Positions 43,801 to 53,943 of a stretch of 64,000 bases of DNA are shown one piece after another. Source of the DNA: Antedon mediterranea (taxonomy: Eukaryota; Animalia; Echinodermata); assembly GCF_964355755.1 (NCBI RefSeq), contig NC_092671.1:17236001-17300000 (forward strand). The letters are read 5' to 3'. The notes beneath the pieces are model-generated. The model saw only the letters and a list, made by a program, of their open reading frames with translations. It was not told the DNA's origin and did not search any database. Position 1 is the first letter of the stretch. Each line of letters opens with the position of its first letter. Made by a program: the position numbers and the translations under genes.

Positions 43801-46800
43801 AAAATTAAAACTGATTAACAGTTTTGTTCTATATACATCAACATTTTTCAGTTCAATGGTGTTGAACATGTTCAAAAGGTTTTACAAATGTTTTCCTTTA
43901 AACAGAAATATGTCGAATTCACTCCATAAAACTATGTACAGTATATGAAATATACATCATGCTCATATTCCTGTTTCTCCCCACACAATTTGCAAAATGT
44001 ATAAACCTATTACTTTCATACAATCGAGTTAAAATACCACATTCTTTACAACTTAAATTAATCTTCCACAAAACTGTAATTTGTGCAAAATATATCAACA
44101 TTGAAAGAAGAAAGGGATAAAACAGAGGGAGGGTGAAGGTCTGTCTTTTGGTCGGTTTAATATTTAATTATGAAATTAAGAATTACAAAATTTAAACCTT
44201 ATATGAGTCAGACTTTGCAGGACATTTTAATTACTACAACAACCACCTTCAATCACTCTTTTAAAGTTAATACAAGCCTGGGTGATATTAGTCAATTAAA
44301 TAACCCTAACCCCACCAAGGATCAACTTGAATGTTAATTCACCTTCTAACATGCGAGAAGATACAGGCAATTTGTTATAAAAAAGAGTCCTTCTAAACTA
44401 AAAGAGTTATACACCTGAGTTGATTGCAAATTGTTATCAAATAAAGAACATTAAGTGTTGTAATATTGTCAGTACCTTGACGAGTTTTTGCTTGAGAAAC
44501 CAGAATCGTAGTCATCAAAGAAATCTCTACTACTTGAAGACTTAAACTTGGATTTGCTTTTGACTGGATTCACTTGGTCTATAGTTTGCATATCACTCAT
44601 AGCCGAATGAGACACACCACTAAAAGAGAAGATTAATTTTAAAAATGGTTAAAAAAGCAAACAGAATTCAGCAATGTAGTATGCTTAAGCTGACCTTGCC
44701 CAGCATTTTTTCATCTCTTTGAATCAATGAAACTTAGGTTTGGTGATAAAACCAATCATACTGTATATCACTGAGTATAGTCCCAGGTAAATTAAAAGCG
44801 TTGTCTTAAATCTATTGTCACTACCATTTTTATTGTCCAGGAAGTATTATAAATTGTTATTCTACGCCCCATATTCTTTGATTTACACATAACAATTTAA
44901 TACTATTTAATGGAGTTTTTTTTATATAAAATGTTGCTTTGTTTCTATGGATTGTAAGTCATCAATTTATTGATGGATTGTACAGTAGATCGCATTGTTA
45001 TCACCACCATAATTTTTATTTCATTATTAAAATGATGATGCTTATAACAGCAAAGAATGAAAATATTCTTAATAATATTGTACGAATAAAAACATAAGTA
45101 CAAATGGAGTTCAAATGAAAAAAGTTCAACGTTAAATCTATAATAATAAGTTACTGATTCAATTACTGGAGTAATAAATGCAAAACATATGGCAGCTGTG
45201 GCGTTTCACAATAATGACTATTATTATTACAATATTAGAGAACCTAATGAGTAAAGGAGAAATCATTAAATGATATTTAAAGGTTAAGTGAAACATTCAA
45301 AACATATCCTGTGTAAACAAAATGATTCAATAAAAGCAAAAACATTAATGTAAAGTACACTTAATTACCTTTAATAGCTAAACAGTTATTACTTAAAATA
45401 GGTATTAGATATTTCAATTGCTCTATTAATGTGTAATCTACCTTGAAGATTAGGACTAAATGGAATAAAGGAAGAAATGAACTGGGCACAGAATCGTCAT
45501 GGAAAGACAGGAAAATAAAAGAATCAATAAAAATAAGAAAACATGGTAACACTATGAACAGAGACGACGGCGGTTTGGAACTCCCAAAATTGTACAATTC
45601 GGGAAAACCTGAACGATCTATAGATGGCGCTATACCATATACGAGATCTAATGGTAATAAGTCCAAGTCACAGAGACTCACTCATGATTAAGCTGCGTCG
45701 TTGACCAGCGAAAGCTAGAGTAAAAAACGTAAGTTTACGAATTTTATTCGACTTTGGATCATCCAAAAGAAAATTTACTATTTAATATACCTCAATTGTC
45801 CCTTTGATGTCATAAACTGAACACTCTTCATTAACATACGAGCCAAAAAAGCGAGCAAGTGATACACGATGGTAGATGGACACAATTGACAACGGAGTGG
45901 CAACCATTATATGGGAAAAGACAGCGGGGTAGACCTCACTCTAGATGAAGGGATGAGCTCGTCAGACAGACCGAAATTTGGAAAAGATACCAACTGGGAG
46001 ACGCCTTCACCCAGCAGTTGGATGATATGGGCTGAAGAAGAAAGAATATAGTGTTCAACTAGGACACAATGGTAACATAGTTACAAAGCAATACCAAAGT
46101 GTATAGTCATTTTGTTTACCTTCTGCCTGCTCCAACATATCCCATACCCAAACGTTCCATCTGTTTTGCTTTATTAGGATCAACATTCTTCATCTTTTCT
46201 TCCTGTTTCTTCATCTGTACACTCATATCTTGGTAGGCTAGCCTCATGGAAGCCCTGTAATCACAGTTTGGATAATTCTAAAGTTATTTATCTATAATTT
46301 ACATGCACAGAAGAAATTCTAAACCACTAAGTATATATGTAAAATAAATTTATTTATTTATAACAATAAGGATGAGGAAATCTGTGAGAATGAGATAAAA
46401 GCTGCAGGTATAAATTATCAGAAAGTCTAACATATTTTTTTTTGCTGTTAAGTTCTGTCTACACTATTAAATTGTAAGTGAAAAGAAAATAAACTACCAT
46501 ATTTGGGCATATCACTATCATATTTGGCCATATTTTGGCACATCACCCTTTTTTGTCAAACTAGTTTGATAGTGTAGACAGAGATTAACTTGGTCTGTAT
46601 AGAATACACCTTCAATTTCATAATACTACTACTATAACATGTTCTATTTGTTTACAAGCATGAATATCAGAACTCAGTCAATGTCTTGATATAAACTTTG
46701 ACCTGGTATGATTGTCCATTAATGATAGAAGAAACTTGTGTGTGTATGAAATTCTCCAATACAAAATTATGTGTGAAAATTGTATACGCATATTCATTCA

Positions 46801-49800
46801 TTTCCTTTATTTTGGATATACAAAACATACAAAATGAAAAATTTCAAATATATGTATACACTGATCAGCCTTACTAGCCCCTACATATAAAGTAATTAAG
46901 AAACCAAACCCACACCCTTAAAATGTCTTGCCTCAAGCATCCTTTGGTTGCAAAAATAACTAAAACGTTCAGTTTACTCACATTTGTTGTTCTTCGTCTT
47001 CTTTCGTCTTAATTTTTTGCTTAACTGAATCTTCCTTCATCTTATCAGCTGCCATTGCCTGTGATTCTAATGCTTTGAAGTCGGTCTTCACCTTTTGCGC
47101 TCCCATTCCTCGCTTTGCTCCAAGCTAAAAAAACATGTTACATATTGTTAACTGACATGATTTTTTAAAACTTAAAGGATACCAGCAATGCACACACTGC
47201 GCCACACGCATACATAAGTTATGCTACAAAATCATGACACATGTGCATTTGATATTGGCAAATAAGGTTAAAAAACGTGATGAAGACTCACCCCTTTCTT
47301 AGCACTGGTTGGTTTACGAGTTCCAATAGTAGACTTTCTAGGCTCTGCTTTAACTTTTGATGGTGAAGTACCTAAAGCTGCTGAAACGTCAGGAACTGCG
47401 TCTGGATCGTCATCTACAAACAAACATTTTTACTATGAAAACAACATATAAAATTGATAACACATGCCTTAGCTTTCTTTTTCTCTCTCTGACTACTGTG
47501 TAGTGAAAATTATGAAGGAAGCAAGTTAAAAATTGTAAATGTTTTGTTTGAAATACATGCTTGCACAAATATCTTTCAAAAAACTGTGCATATTTAAAAA
47601 AAGAAAACAGGAATTATGTAGAAATGTTGAATTTATATTTATTAAAATTTAACAAATAACACACAATGATAAAAAAGTTGGGAGGTGTTACTAGTACAGT
47701 ACAGAAAGAAAGTACTGCAACTTTACCTACGAATTAGCTTCGTAGATAGAACGTAGGCTACATTGTTGGCTTCGTAGGTTCCATTGTTTGGCTTCGTAAC
47801 CTCAATAAACAACTTTCAATGAGCTACGTTCTGAACTTCGTAGGGAGTTTGTAACCTAAATAAACAACCCTACGATGTTCTTAGTGAAGTAAGGTGTGAA
47901 ATTAATGTGTTAACTTTAACTGGCGGAGGACTAAGTTATAAATTACTAAAAAATAAATATTTTTTAATCGTAATCGTTTCCTTCGTGCGTGTTTACCTAC
48001 GGCAAATACAAATATAAATTTCCCACGATGTAAACGTAGAGACACGATCCAACACAGGTGAACCTCAACGAACAGGCCAACTAATAAACATAATATAGCG
48101 AATGTCCAGTCCACCCAGAAACAATGCCGAGAAAAAAAGATCGTAAACAATTAATTCTAAATATAGTATCAGAACGTTTAATCGGTCGCTCAAAAAGACT
48201 GCCGACAGAAGACCGTAATTAATACCGACCTAGTTTTTTTGGTCACATGGCATGAAACGCGATACTCTCTGCTTTACCGCAATCTTTCATGGTTTTTTTA
48301 AAACTCAGTACGAGAAGGTGGCTGCCGTCTGACAACGATTAATAAGATCGTGTACCTGGATTTTGTGTCACATGACATGAAACATAATACTCTCTCTAAA
48401 ACTGTTCACATGTCTTTTCCCCTCCAAATTCTGTTCGGGCCTTTTTCTTTACACATGTCGTAATCATTTCAAAAGGCCTAGGCCTATGTTAAATTTTAAT
48501 ATGGAATATATTTTTATTTTGCATATATTTTGTTGGTGTCCTAGCCTAGGCCTAGGTGTCAGTTTTTATAATTCGCTAACCCAAGGTAGAATTAAATAAT
48601 TTATAATGTAGGCCGCCGAAACAGGCTAGCCTTGACTCTCTCTACGTGAGCTGAGGGACCATGGGCCCGATGTAGTCTCGTCGGTGGATTTCCGTCTAAA
48701 TTAGGATAACCGATGCGTAGGGCAGCTACAAAAATTGATGTCTACTATCTTTAGATAGGATTTTAATTAGCAAACAATACATTGTTTGTTTGCATTGTCC
48801 ATGCTTCTAAAGGCGATGACAATGGTGTTTACAAACCCCACCCTACAATCGACGCGTAGATAATTATCATAACAATACATCGTAGGCTACGAACAATACA
48901 TCGTAGGCTACGAACAATACATCGTAGGCTACGAACAATACATCGTAGGCTTTGAACAATACATCGTAGGCTACGAACAATACATCGTAGGCTACGAACA
49001 ATATATCGTAGGCTACGAACAATACTTCGTAGGCTACGTTCAGAGAGAACCTACGATCTACCTACGCGTAGGCTACAAAAGGTTGCGCGTAGATACGAAG
49101 CAGTAATTTCTTTCTGTACTGTATACTCATAGTGCTGTGTCTAGAATCCCTGTGACTCATCTAAAATACCCAGTATTAAAAAAGAAAAAATTGGTAAGTT
49201 AACAAAACAGTAAACAGTATGGAATGTACAGTACAGTACTAGATATTTTAAAGATCGGAATTAAACAGATATATATCTCTACCTTCTTGTACAGCCTTAT
49301 TTGTGCTTGCTGGAATTTAAAAAAAAAATAAAATACAGTAAGGAAGTCCTACAAATAAAAGTGTAATACAATATTGTGTGTATATACATGTGGCGAGGCA
49401 TTTATTCAAGGGGGGAGTTTATTCAGGAAGGCGTTTATTATATAAATACAGTAAATAAAAAAATAAAAATAGATTTTGAAAAGACCACATGACATCATCT
49501 TGATTTAAGCTTAACAAGTTTTTTACCTGCTTGTGTTTTGCCATTGTTTATTGGGACACTGGTCGTTGTATTTTGGATGAAAGATGCCTTTTCATCAACT
49601 TTTGTAAGCTCTTGAAAAAAGTCTCCTTCCTTCTTATCTGGAGAGTACATGTGGGCAATTTCCTCAATATGTAACTAAAATAGGGAGAGAAAATGATGAG
49701 GGATGTTAACAGGATGGAATCCTTAAGGTTTGTCTCCACTATCAAACTTTATGTGACAAAAATGTGATATGCTCATATATGGACATGATGATGTCATATC

Positions 49801-52800
49801 ACTACCATATTTGGGACTTTAGTTTGATAGTGTAGACAGAGCTTTAGATGAATAGGTTAATTACACAATAGTATATAATTGAATACATGTCTTGTTCTTG
49901 GTAGGTTTCATTTAATGAAAATAAGTTCTTCTAATTGAAAGGATTCTGTAAAACCAACGTTTTAAAGCATCTTTAATAAGTATATATATTATTAATATTT
50001 ATACTCAATGGACTGGAACTTTTTAGTGGAAAAGGTCTTTAATAATTAATCAATGTCAAAAAGTGTTAACAATATTTGGAGTGATGGAATCTTTAATGTA
50101 ATGGCTCTATATTCAAAGGTAAATTCCAATGGTTTCAAATTATAACGAGAGCACCATTGACTTACTTCTGTTCCATATTTCCTCATAGCAGCACTAGCTT
50201 GTTGTTTAACTTTATCCTTGTACAACTGAGCTGCTCTGCTGTTGTATTTGGCATTAGCATCATTTGTCAAGCAGTTATGTTGTCTGAAGAATGCTGTCTA
50301 AAAAATGAAACAATCGTAATATTAACAAATACAAATCCAAAGGCAAATTACTGACAAAATGACAATGCTGTGGGTATCAGTGGCTGGATCTCAATGTTAA
50401 TGTTACTGTTCTTGTGTCCACATGGCCGTCATTGACAAACATTTAATATCAGCTGACCTCACTGCTGCTGTACTCGTCATCTACGTTTCAACCATGCTAC
50501 ACACTTTCATTAATTTTTATATATAAATTTGAGAATAAGAGCTACATTCTGAAGACGCAAATAAAATAGGCATAAATCTAAATCAAAATGGTATTAGCAA
50601 AACTTGCAAAAAGTTCCAAGGTTTTGGGAAAACATTACTTCTATTTAAGTGACTCCAATGGCCAAGTGGTTAGGGCAGGGGCGCCGTTTACCGTATCTAA
50701 AGAGCCGACAATATTGGCATGGGGTTCGAGACCGACTCCTAGTTCTGATGATGGAAAAAAATCATCTTGTATAAGGACTATAAACTTTAGGTCCAGTGTG
50801 CACAGTTAATCCGTGTGCAACTTAAAAAACCCAGATCATTATTCGAGATGAGTAAGGGGTTACCCTGGTGAACTGGTTCACAAAATAGGACAGTGAATAA
50901 TTTACTGATTGCTAATTCTTGCCGACATGTACCTAAATACATTAAAAGAAACTATTCCTACCTACAGTAAGTTCCTTTTAAGGTAAATTGTACTTACTGC
51001 ATTGGCATTGCCACCAACTTGCATAGCCCTCAGTTGAGGCCAAGTCCATGATGTATCTAATTGTGTAGATCTTAATAAAAAGAAAAGTAATATAATTTTT
51101 TTAAATAACTAAAAAGTAAACAGTACCTATCATATAATATAACATGTTATCCAGGCTCACATCCTCATATATAAAAGTAAACAATGATAAACATACCTAA
51201 TGAAGGTCAAATGAACACCAAGTGATCGGTGAACAGCTGAGCAATCTATACATAGAAACACTCCATACGTCACACTAGCCCAAGTTGGATTGTTACTACG
51301 ACAGTCAAAACATAACTGAGAAAAAAAACCAAATTCATATCATGAACTGGAGTGTGTACTGTAAAAATGTTTTTAAAAAAATACTGTTTTATATTATAGA
51401 ATAAAGATGTTTGAAACCACTTTAATTTTTATAAAATAGGATGATATAGAAATAGGCCTAGGGTAGATGTACCAATTAGCGGTTAATTCATTTATTAATT
51501 AATGTAATTTATTATTTATTCACAACTATTAATTATTTTTCATGTTAGTAGTACCTTTAATATATTCTTTCAAAGTTACAATCGTTTATTTTATAATTCC
51601 CTAAGCTATTTCATCGCTAGCCATCAAAACAATGAATGACCTCTTGACTCCATGTGGAAAATTTCATGTCTTTAGTGCGAACTGAAGAAAGGGGGTACCC
51701 TTCACTTACATGTAGGTAAGTCACATAGTGACGTGATATACCTACAAACTGCATTTCACAATATCTCAATAAATAAAATACCTCATAGACTAGTCCATTG
51801 TACGATTGTCTTACTATTAGTATTATGGGATGTAGAAGAAAAACCAGCTAATTGGACCAGCCATGTGGCCTGATCCAATCAGCGGTAGGTTGGTTTTTAA
51901 TTAATATTTTTTCATTGTCACATTAAATGTAAATGTAAACATATTTTCAATTAATTTTAAACATAACTAGAGGGTACTCCGAGAGTACAAACCTCCACCT
52001 ACTGTAAAATTCCCCTACATAAAATGCCTCTGAATATTTTTTTAAAACATTTTTTTTATTAGTTTTAAGTGTAAATAGGCTAACTGCACACTACAAAGTT
52101 GTGGATGACAGTGTGGTGTAATGGTTATGTATCCAGCCTCTCACAGTTGAGATCGCTGGTTCAAGTCCCACTGAGGGTTTTTTTTGTTATTATTATTTTT
52201 TTTTTTTTTGTGGACCTTGATCTTTGACCCTGACCCTTCAAAATTTAACCACAATTATATGATGTGTCATTGATCATTGTGGCTAAGTTGAGAATTGGTT
52301 AAAAACTTTGGTATCTAGGCCTAGGCAGTAAAATAGTTTTTTGTTAGTTGTGACCTTGACCAATGACCTTTTCCCCTTAAATTCGAACTCGTCCAAGCTT
52401 TTTTGGCCAAATTTGGCCGGATTCGGATGAAAACTGTGGCCTCCAGGCTGTTCACAGACACACACAAACATACAGGGGTGAAAACATAACCTCCTTGGCG
52501 GAGGTAATAAACAAGAATTAATAAATATGAATTTTTGTGTTTTATTTATGTTTTTAAACACTACAATACCATCATGTTTACGTTTAAAAGTTGAACATTC
52601 TCAGTCACGTGACCAAACTCGAGTGGCGTATCAATTAAAAGTATTACCGCAAATTGGGTACCGCAAACTGGGTACCGCAAACTGGTGCCGTCCTTAGTAT
52701 TTAACGAATTATTATTAATTAAGTGGCCATTGTTTATTTTTTTATGTATTTTAATAAAGGATATATATTATTAATACGGTAATTGACAATTGTTGTATTC

Positions 52801-53281
52801 ACTTGAAACTATAGAATAACACATTTAACGTAATAATGAATGATTTGACCTTTTTTACCTAACCGCAAATTGGTACATCTACCCTTCTTAGGAGGAGGCC
52901 CGGCCTATAAACAATTTTAATTAGCCTAAATTTAGGCCTACAAAATACAATTGAACTTGAAATGCGGTCTAGCCTACTAAGAACTTTAGAATAATCAACA
53001 AAATTGTCCCTAGGCAGGTATTTTTCCCAGACCTCCGAGGCAATCCATTTCCTTCCAGCTGCTCACTCGACTGCCCTCTCCTTTTGGCCACCACACACAC
53101 ACAGACACCGGCCAGGCCTACTTCCTAGCTTAGATTAGCTTATATACCGGCGTCCAGCAGTATTCTGATGAACAAATACAATATATCTACAAATATTAAT
53201 GTATTAATAAAGTACCTTGTTTGATTTAATAGACTTTAAACGTTTAAATATGGTGTGAATATCTGATTTAGATGGCTCCAT
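28850..53281 (-). CDS. ARFGAP2: ADP-ribosylation factor GTPase-activating protein 2/3 (Glo3-type), complete, about 535 aa: complement(join(28850..28867,36294..36488,38914..39043,40966..41121,44476..44619,46120..46254,46982..47124,47292..47413,49283..49309,49527..49674,50166..50297,50998..51070,51197..51315,53216..53281))
   Basis: [63 protein letters not shown] (CxxC-x16-CxxC-x4-R ArfGAP zinc finger), the [12 protein letters not shown] basic region, ERLGMG, two Glo3 motifs ([21 protein letters not shown]) and C-terminal SSIQDKYGY*. All junctions are GT-AG and phase-consistent. Probably co-orthologous to vertebrate ARFGAP2 and ARFGAP3. Confidence 0.94.
29660..30380 (+). mobile_element. Helentron/DINE-like non-autonomous element
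   Basis: (GACC/GACA)n microsatellites; terminal hairpin AGTCGCATCTACGCGACT followed by an A run. Confidence 0.6.
32187..32555 (+). repeat. 73-bp tandem repeat, 5 copies
   Basis: AAGTGTTTGAATAC recurs at 32194, 32267, 32340, 32413 and 32484. Confidence 0.92.
34771..34914. mobile_element. MITE family A, copy 4
   Basis: Same TIR and internal motifs. Confidence 0.8.
35694..36160 (+). mobile_element. tRNA-derived CORE-like SINE interrupted by a MITE
   Basis: A box TGGTGCAGTG, B box GGTTCGAATCC, CORE-like TTAGGCAAGACAC...CTCCACCCAGGTGTA, and LINE-like tail AGCGCTTAGAG...[insertion]...TAAATCCAGGATATTATTAT. Confidence 0.7.
35933..36136. mobile_element. PIF/Harbinger-like MITE nested in a SINE tail
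   Basis: TIRs AGGCCAACTTG / CAAGTTGTCCT; TTA target-site duplication. Confidence 0.7.
36294..36488 (-). CDS. ARFGAP2: ArfGAP2/3 exon 13 (Glo3 motif 2 and amphipathic tail)
   Basis: [14 protein letters not shown]...[17 protein letters not shown]; tatag/gtaagt. Confidence 0.95.
36540..36783 (-). mobile_element. tRNA-derived SINE (head at 36716-36783)
   Basis: Minus strand TAGCTTAGTGG (A box)...GGGTTCAATCC (B box); the 3' boundary is approximate. Confidence 0.55.
37440..37717. mobile_element. PIF/Harbinger-like MITE family B
   Basis: About 27-bp TIR AGCCTGATTTCCATAAAATCGCTACAC; TAA TSD; degenerate relatives at about 41950-42218 and 42550-42907. Confidence 0.8.
37835..37968. mobile_element. 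MULE-like MITE
   Basis: TIRs GGGTGTCTAG / CTAGACATCC; 9-bp TSD CATCAAATG; internal CTAGAAAACTCAGAT repeats. Confidence 0.7.
38914..39043 (-). CDS. ARFGAP2: ArfGAP2/3 exon 12 (Glo3 motif 1)
   Basis: [16 protein letters not shown]; tctag/gtaagt. Confidence 0.95.
40643..40855. mobile_element. hAT-type MITE family C, copy 3 (inverted)
   Basis: TAGTGGTGTAAC...GTTACGCCACTG; TSD AGTGAAAC/AGTGACAC. Confidence 0.8.
40966..41121 (-). CDS. ARFGAP2: ArfGAP2/3 exon 11 (acidic)
   Basis: [20 protein letters not shown]...WEIID; tctag/gtaagt; phase 2-2. Confidence 0.85.
44476..44619 (-). CDS. ARFGAP2: ArfGAP2/3 exon 10
   Basis: [15 protein letters not shown]; tttag/gtact. Confidence 0.92.
45480..45790 (+). 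mobile_element. Penelope-like retroelement 3' fragment (GIY-YIG C-terminus and pLTR)
   Basis: [39 protein letters not shown] matches the PLE GIY-YIG tail pattern (E..W..R.IKE.I.IR....MNRD.G..L...Y); a hammerhead motif follows. Confidence 0.75.
45680..45721 (+). ncRNA. Minimal type I hammerhead ribozyme variant (A3-U8)
   Basis: Stem I ACTC/GAGT; core ATGATTA plus one A; stem II GCTG/CAGC; GAAA; palindromic AGCT stem III; CUA cleavage triplet. Confidence 0.6.
45840..46045 (+). mobile_element. RTE-type LINE 3' fragment
   Basis: [30 protein letters not shown]...AFTQQ (RTE C-terminal motif with an internal stop) and a (GAA)n tail. Confidence 0.75.
46120..46254 (-). CDS. ARFGAP2: ArfGAP2/3 exon 9
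   Basis: ASMRLAYQD...QMERLGMG; tacag/gtaaac. Confidence 0.94.
46451..46585. mobile_element. MITE family A, copy 5
   Basis: Same TIR and internal motifs. Confidence 0.75.
46982..47124 (-). CDS. ARFGAP2: ArfGAP2/3 exon 8
   Basis: [28 protein letters not shown]; tttag/gtgagt. Confidence 0.94.
47292..47413 (-). CDS. ARFGAP2: ArfGAP2/3 exon 7
   Basis: ...[18 protein letters not shown]; tgtag/gtgagt. Confidence 0.92.
47697..49121. mobile_element. Non-autonomous Tc1/mariner-like element (1.4 kb)
   Basis: TIRs CAGTACAGAAAGAAA / TTTCTTTCTGTACTG; TA TSD; subterminal CGTAG-rich repeats; no transposase ORF. Confidence 0.8.
48871..49038 (+). repeat. 21-bp tandem repeat (AACAATACATCGTAGGCTACG), about 8 copies
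   Basis: Seen directly, inside the 47697-49121 element. Confidence 0.9.
49283..49309 (-). CDS. ARFGAP2: ArfGAP2/3 putative 27-nt micro-exon (ASTNKAVQE)
   Basis: ttccag|CAAGC...GAAG|gtagag; symmetric phase 1-1 with an open frame. Confidence 0.6.
49527..49674 (-). CDS. ARFGAP2: ArfGAP2/3 exon 5
   Basis: [22 protein letters not shown]...; tttag/gtaaaa. Confidence 0.88.
49726..49843. mobile_element. MITE family A, copy 6
   Basis: Same TIR; TTA TSD. Confidence 0.75.
50166..50297 (-). CDS. ARFGAP2: ArfGAP2/3 exon 4
   Basis: [29 protein letters not shown]; tttag/gtaagt. Confidence 0.95.
50649..50945 (+). mobile_element. tRNA-derived SINE
   Basis: A box TGGCCAAGTGG and B box GGTTCGAGACC; the body is shared with the 6335-6535 copy. 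Confidence 0.75.
50998..51070 (-). CDS. ARFGAP2: ArfGAP2/3 exon 3
   Basis: [24 protein letters not shown]; ttaag/gtaagt. Confidence 0.95.
51197..51315 (-). CDS. ARFGAP2: ArfGAP2/3 exon 2 (zinc finger)
   Basis: LCFDC...[18 protein letters not shown]; tctcag/gtatgt. Confidence 0.96.
51966..52507 (+). mobile_element. Helentron/DINE-like non-autonomous element
   Basis: AACTAGAG start, TGACCTTGAC motifs, (ACA/CAC)-rich microsatellite and 3' hairpin ACCTCCTTGGCGGAGGT. Confidence 0.65.
52107..52175 (+). pseudogene. tRNA-like relic (Glu-type CTCTCAC loop)
   Basis: A box TGGTGTAATGG and B box GGTTCAAGTCC; the stems are broken. Confidence 0.5.
53216..53281 (-). CDS. ARFGAP2: ArfGAP2/3 exon 1 (start codon)
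   Basis: ATG at 53281; [22 protein letters not shown]; donor gtact. Confidence 0.92.
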
Positions 53282-53460
53282 ACTAAATTACTGCTCGTGT
53301 GTCTCTTGCCAGCCAATCTCTCCTATGACGAAATCATCACGTGACCTAATATTTATGACACGTCAAACATAAATATAATCATGCAGAGTAGGTCCTATAT
53401 CAGCAACTCGTTTTATATTTCGTGTTTTTTACACTACATACGGTAACCGATCAAAATTAA
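53282..53460. promoter_or_regulatory. Putative bidirectional promoter for ArfGAP2/3 and PWP1
   Basis: Divergent genes; CCAAT at 53313-53317; palindromic E-box TCACGTGA at 53337-53344; candidate PWP1 5'UTR donor near 53443. Confidence 0.55.
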
Positions 53461-53943
53461 TAAGAAAGAATCAATATTATTTATTTACAAGCTTTGAATT
53501 GTGGTGGTGGTGTGGTGGTGAGAGGGAACTTCCCTCCCCCTACCCCGAATATTAGATCTTAATTTGTGTCGCCGTTGAGGTCGCTTTTACATTTAAAAAA
53601 AACGCACACGGGAAACAGAATAAAAGGGACAGGTTGGTAAATACATTGTTAATAAACTCGTTATAAACATTTTGAAAACATGTTTGTGCATTATTATTCT
53701 ATAGTAAATAATGATAATATAAATTTTAACTAATCACGATACATCAAGGGCTTTTTCTGTGTTCCTGCATTTAATCTTTAGGCTAGGCCTACTATCTAAA
53801 TGTTCTGTCTACTGTCTGTGAGTGTGACGTGTGCGCGGCATAAGGAGGTGTAGAGTACTTGAAAAAGGACGAAACGACCAACTGCAATATTACCTTATAA
53901 ACTGACAAGGTCAATCGATAATTAAGAATGCATAAGATATAAA

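Noticed and set aside
50745-50765. CTGATGA...GAAA as a second hammerhead
   Set aside because: No stem II or stem I pairing
52107-52175. Functional tRNA gene
   Set aside because: The acceptor and anticodon stems do not pair
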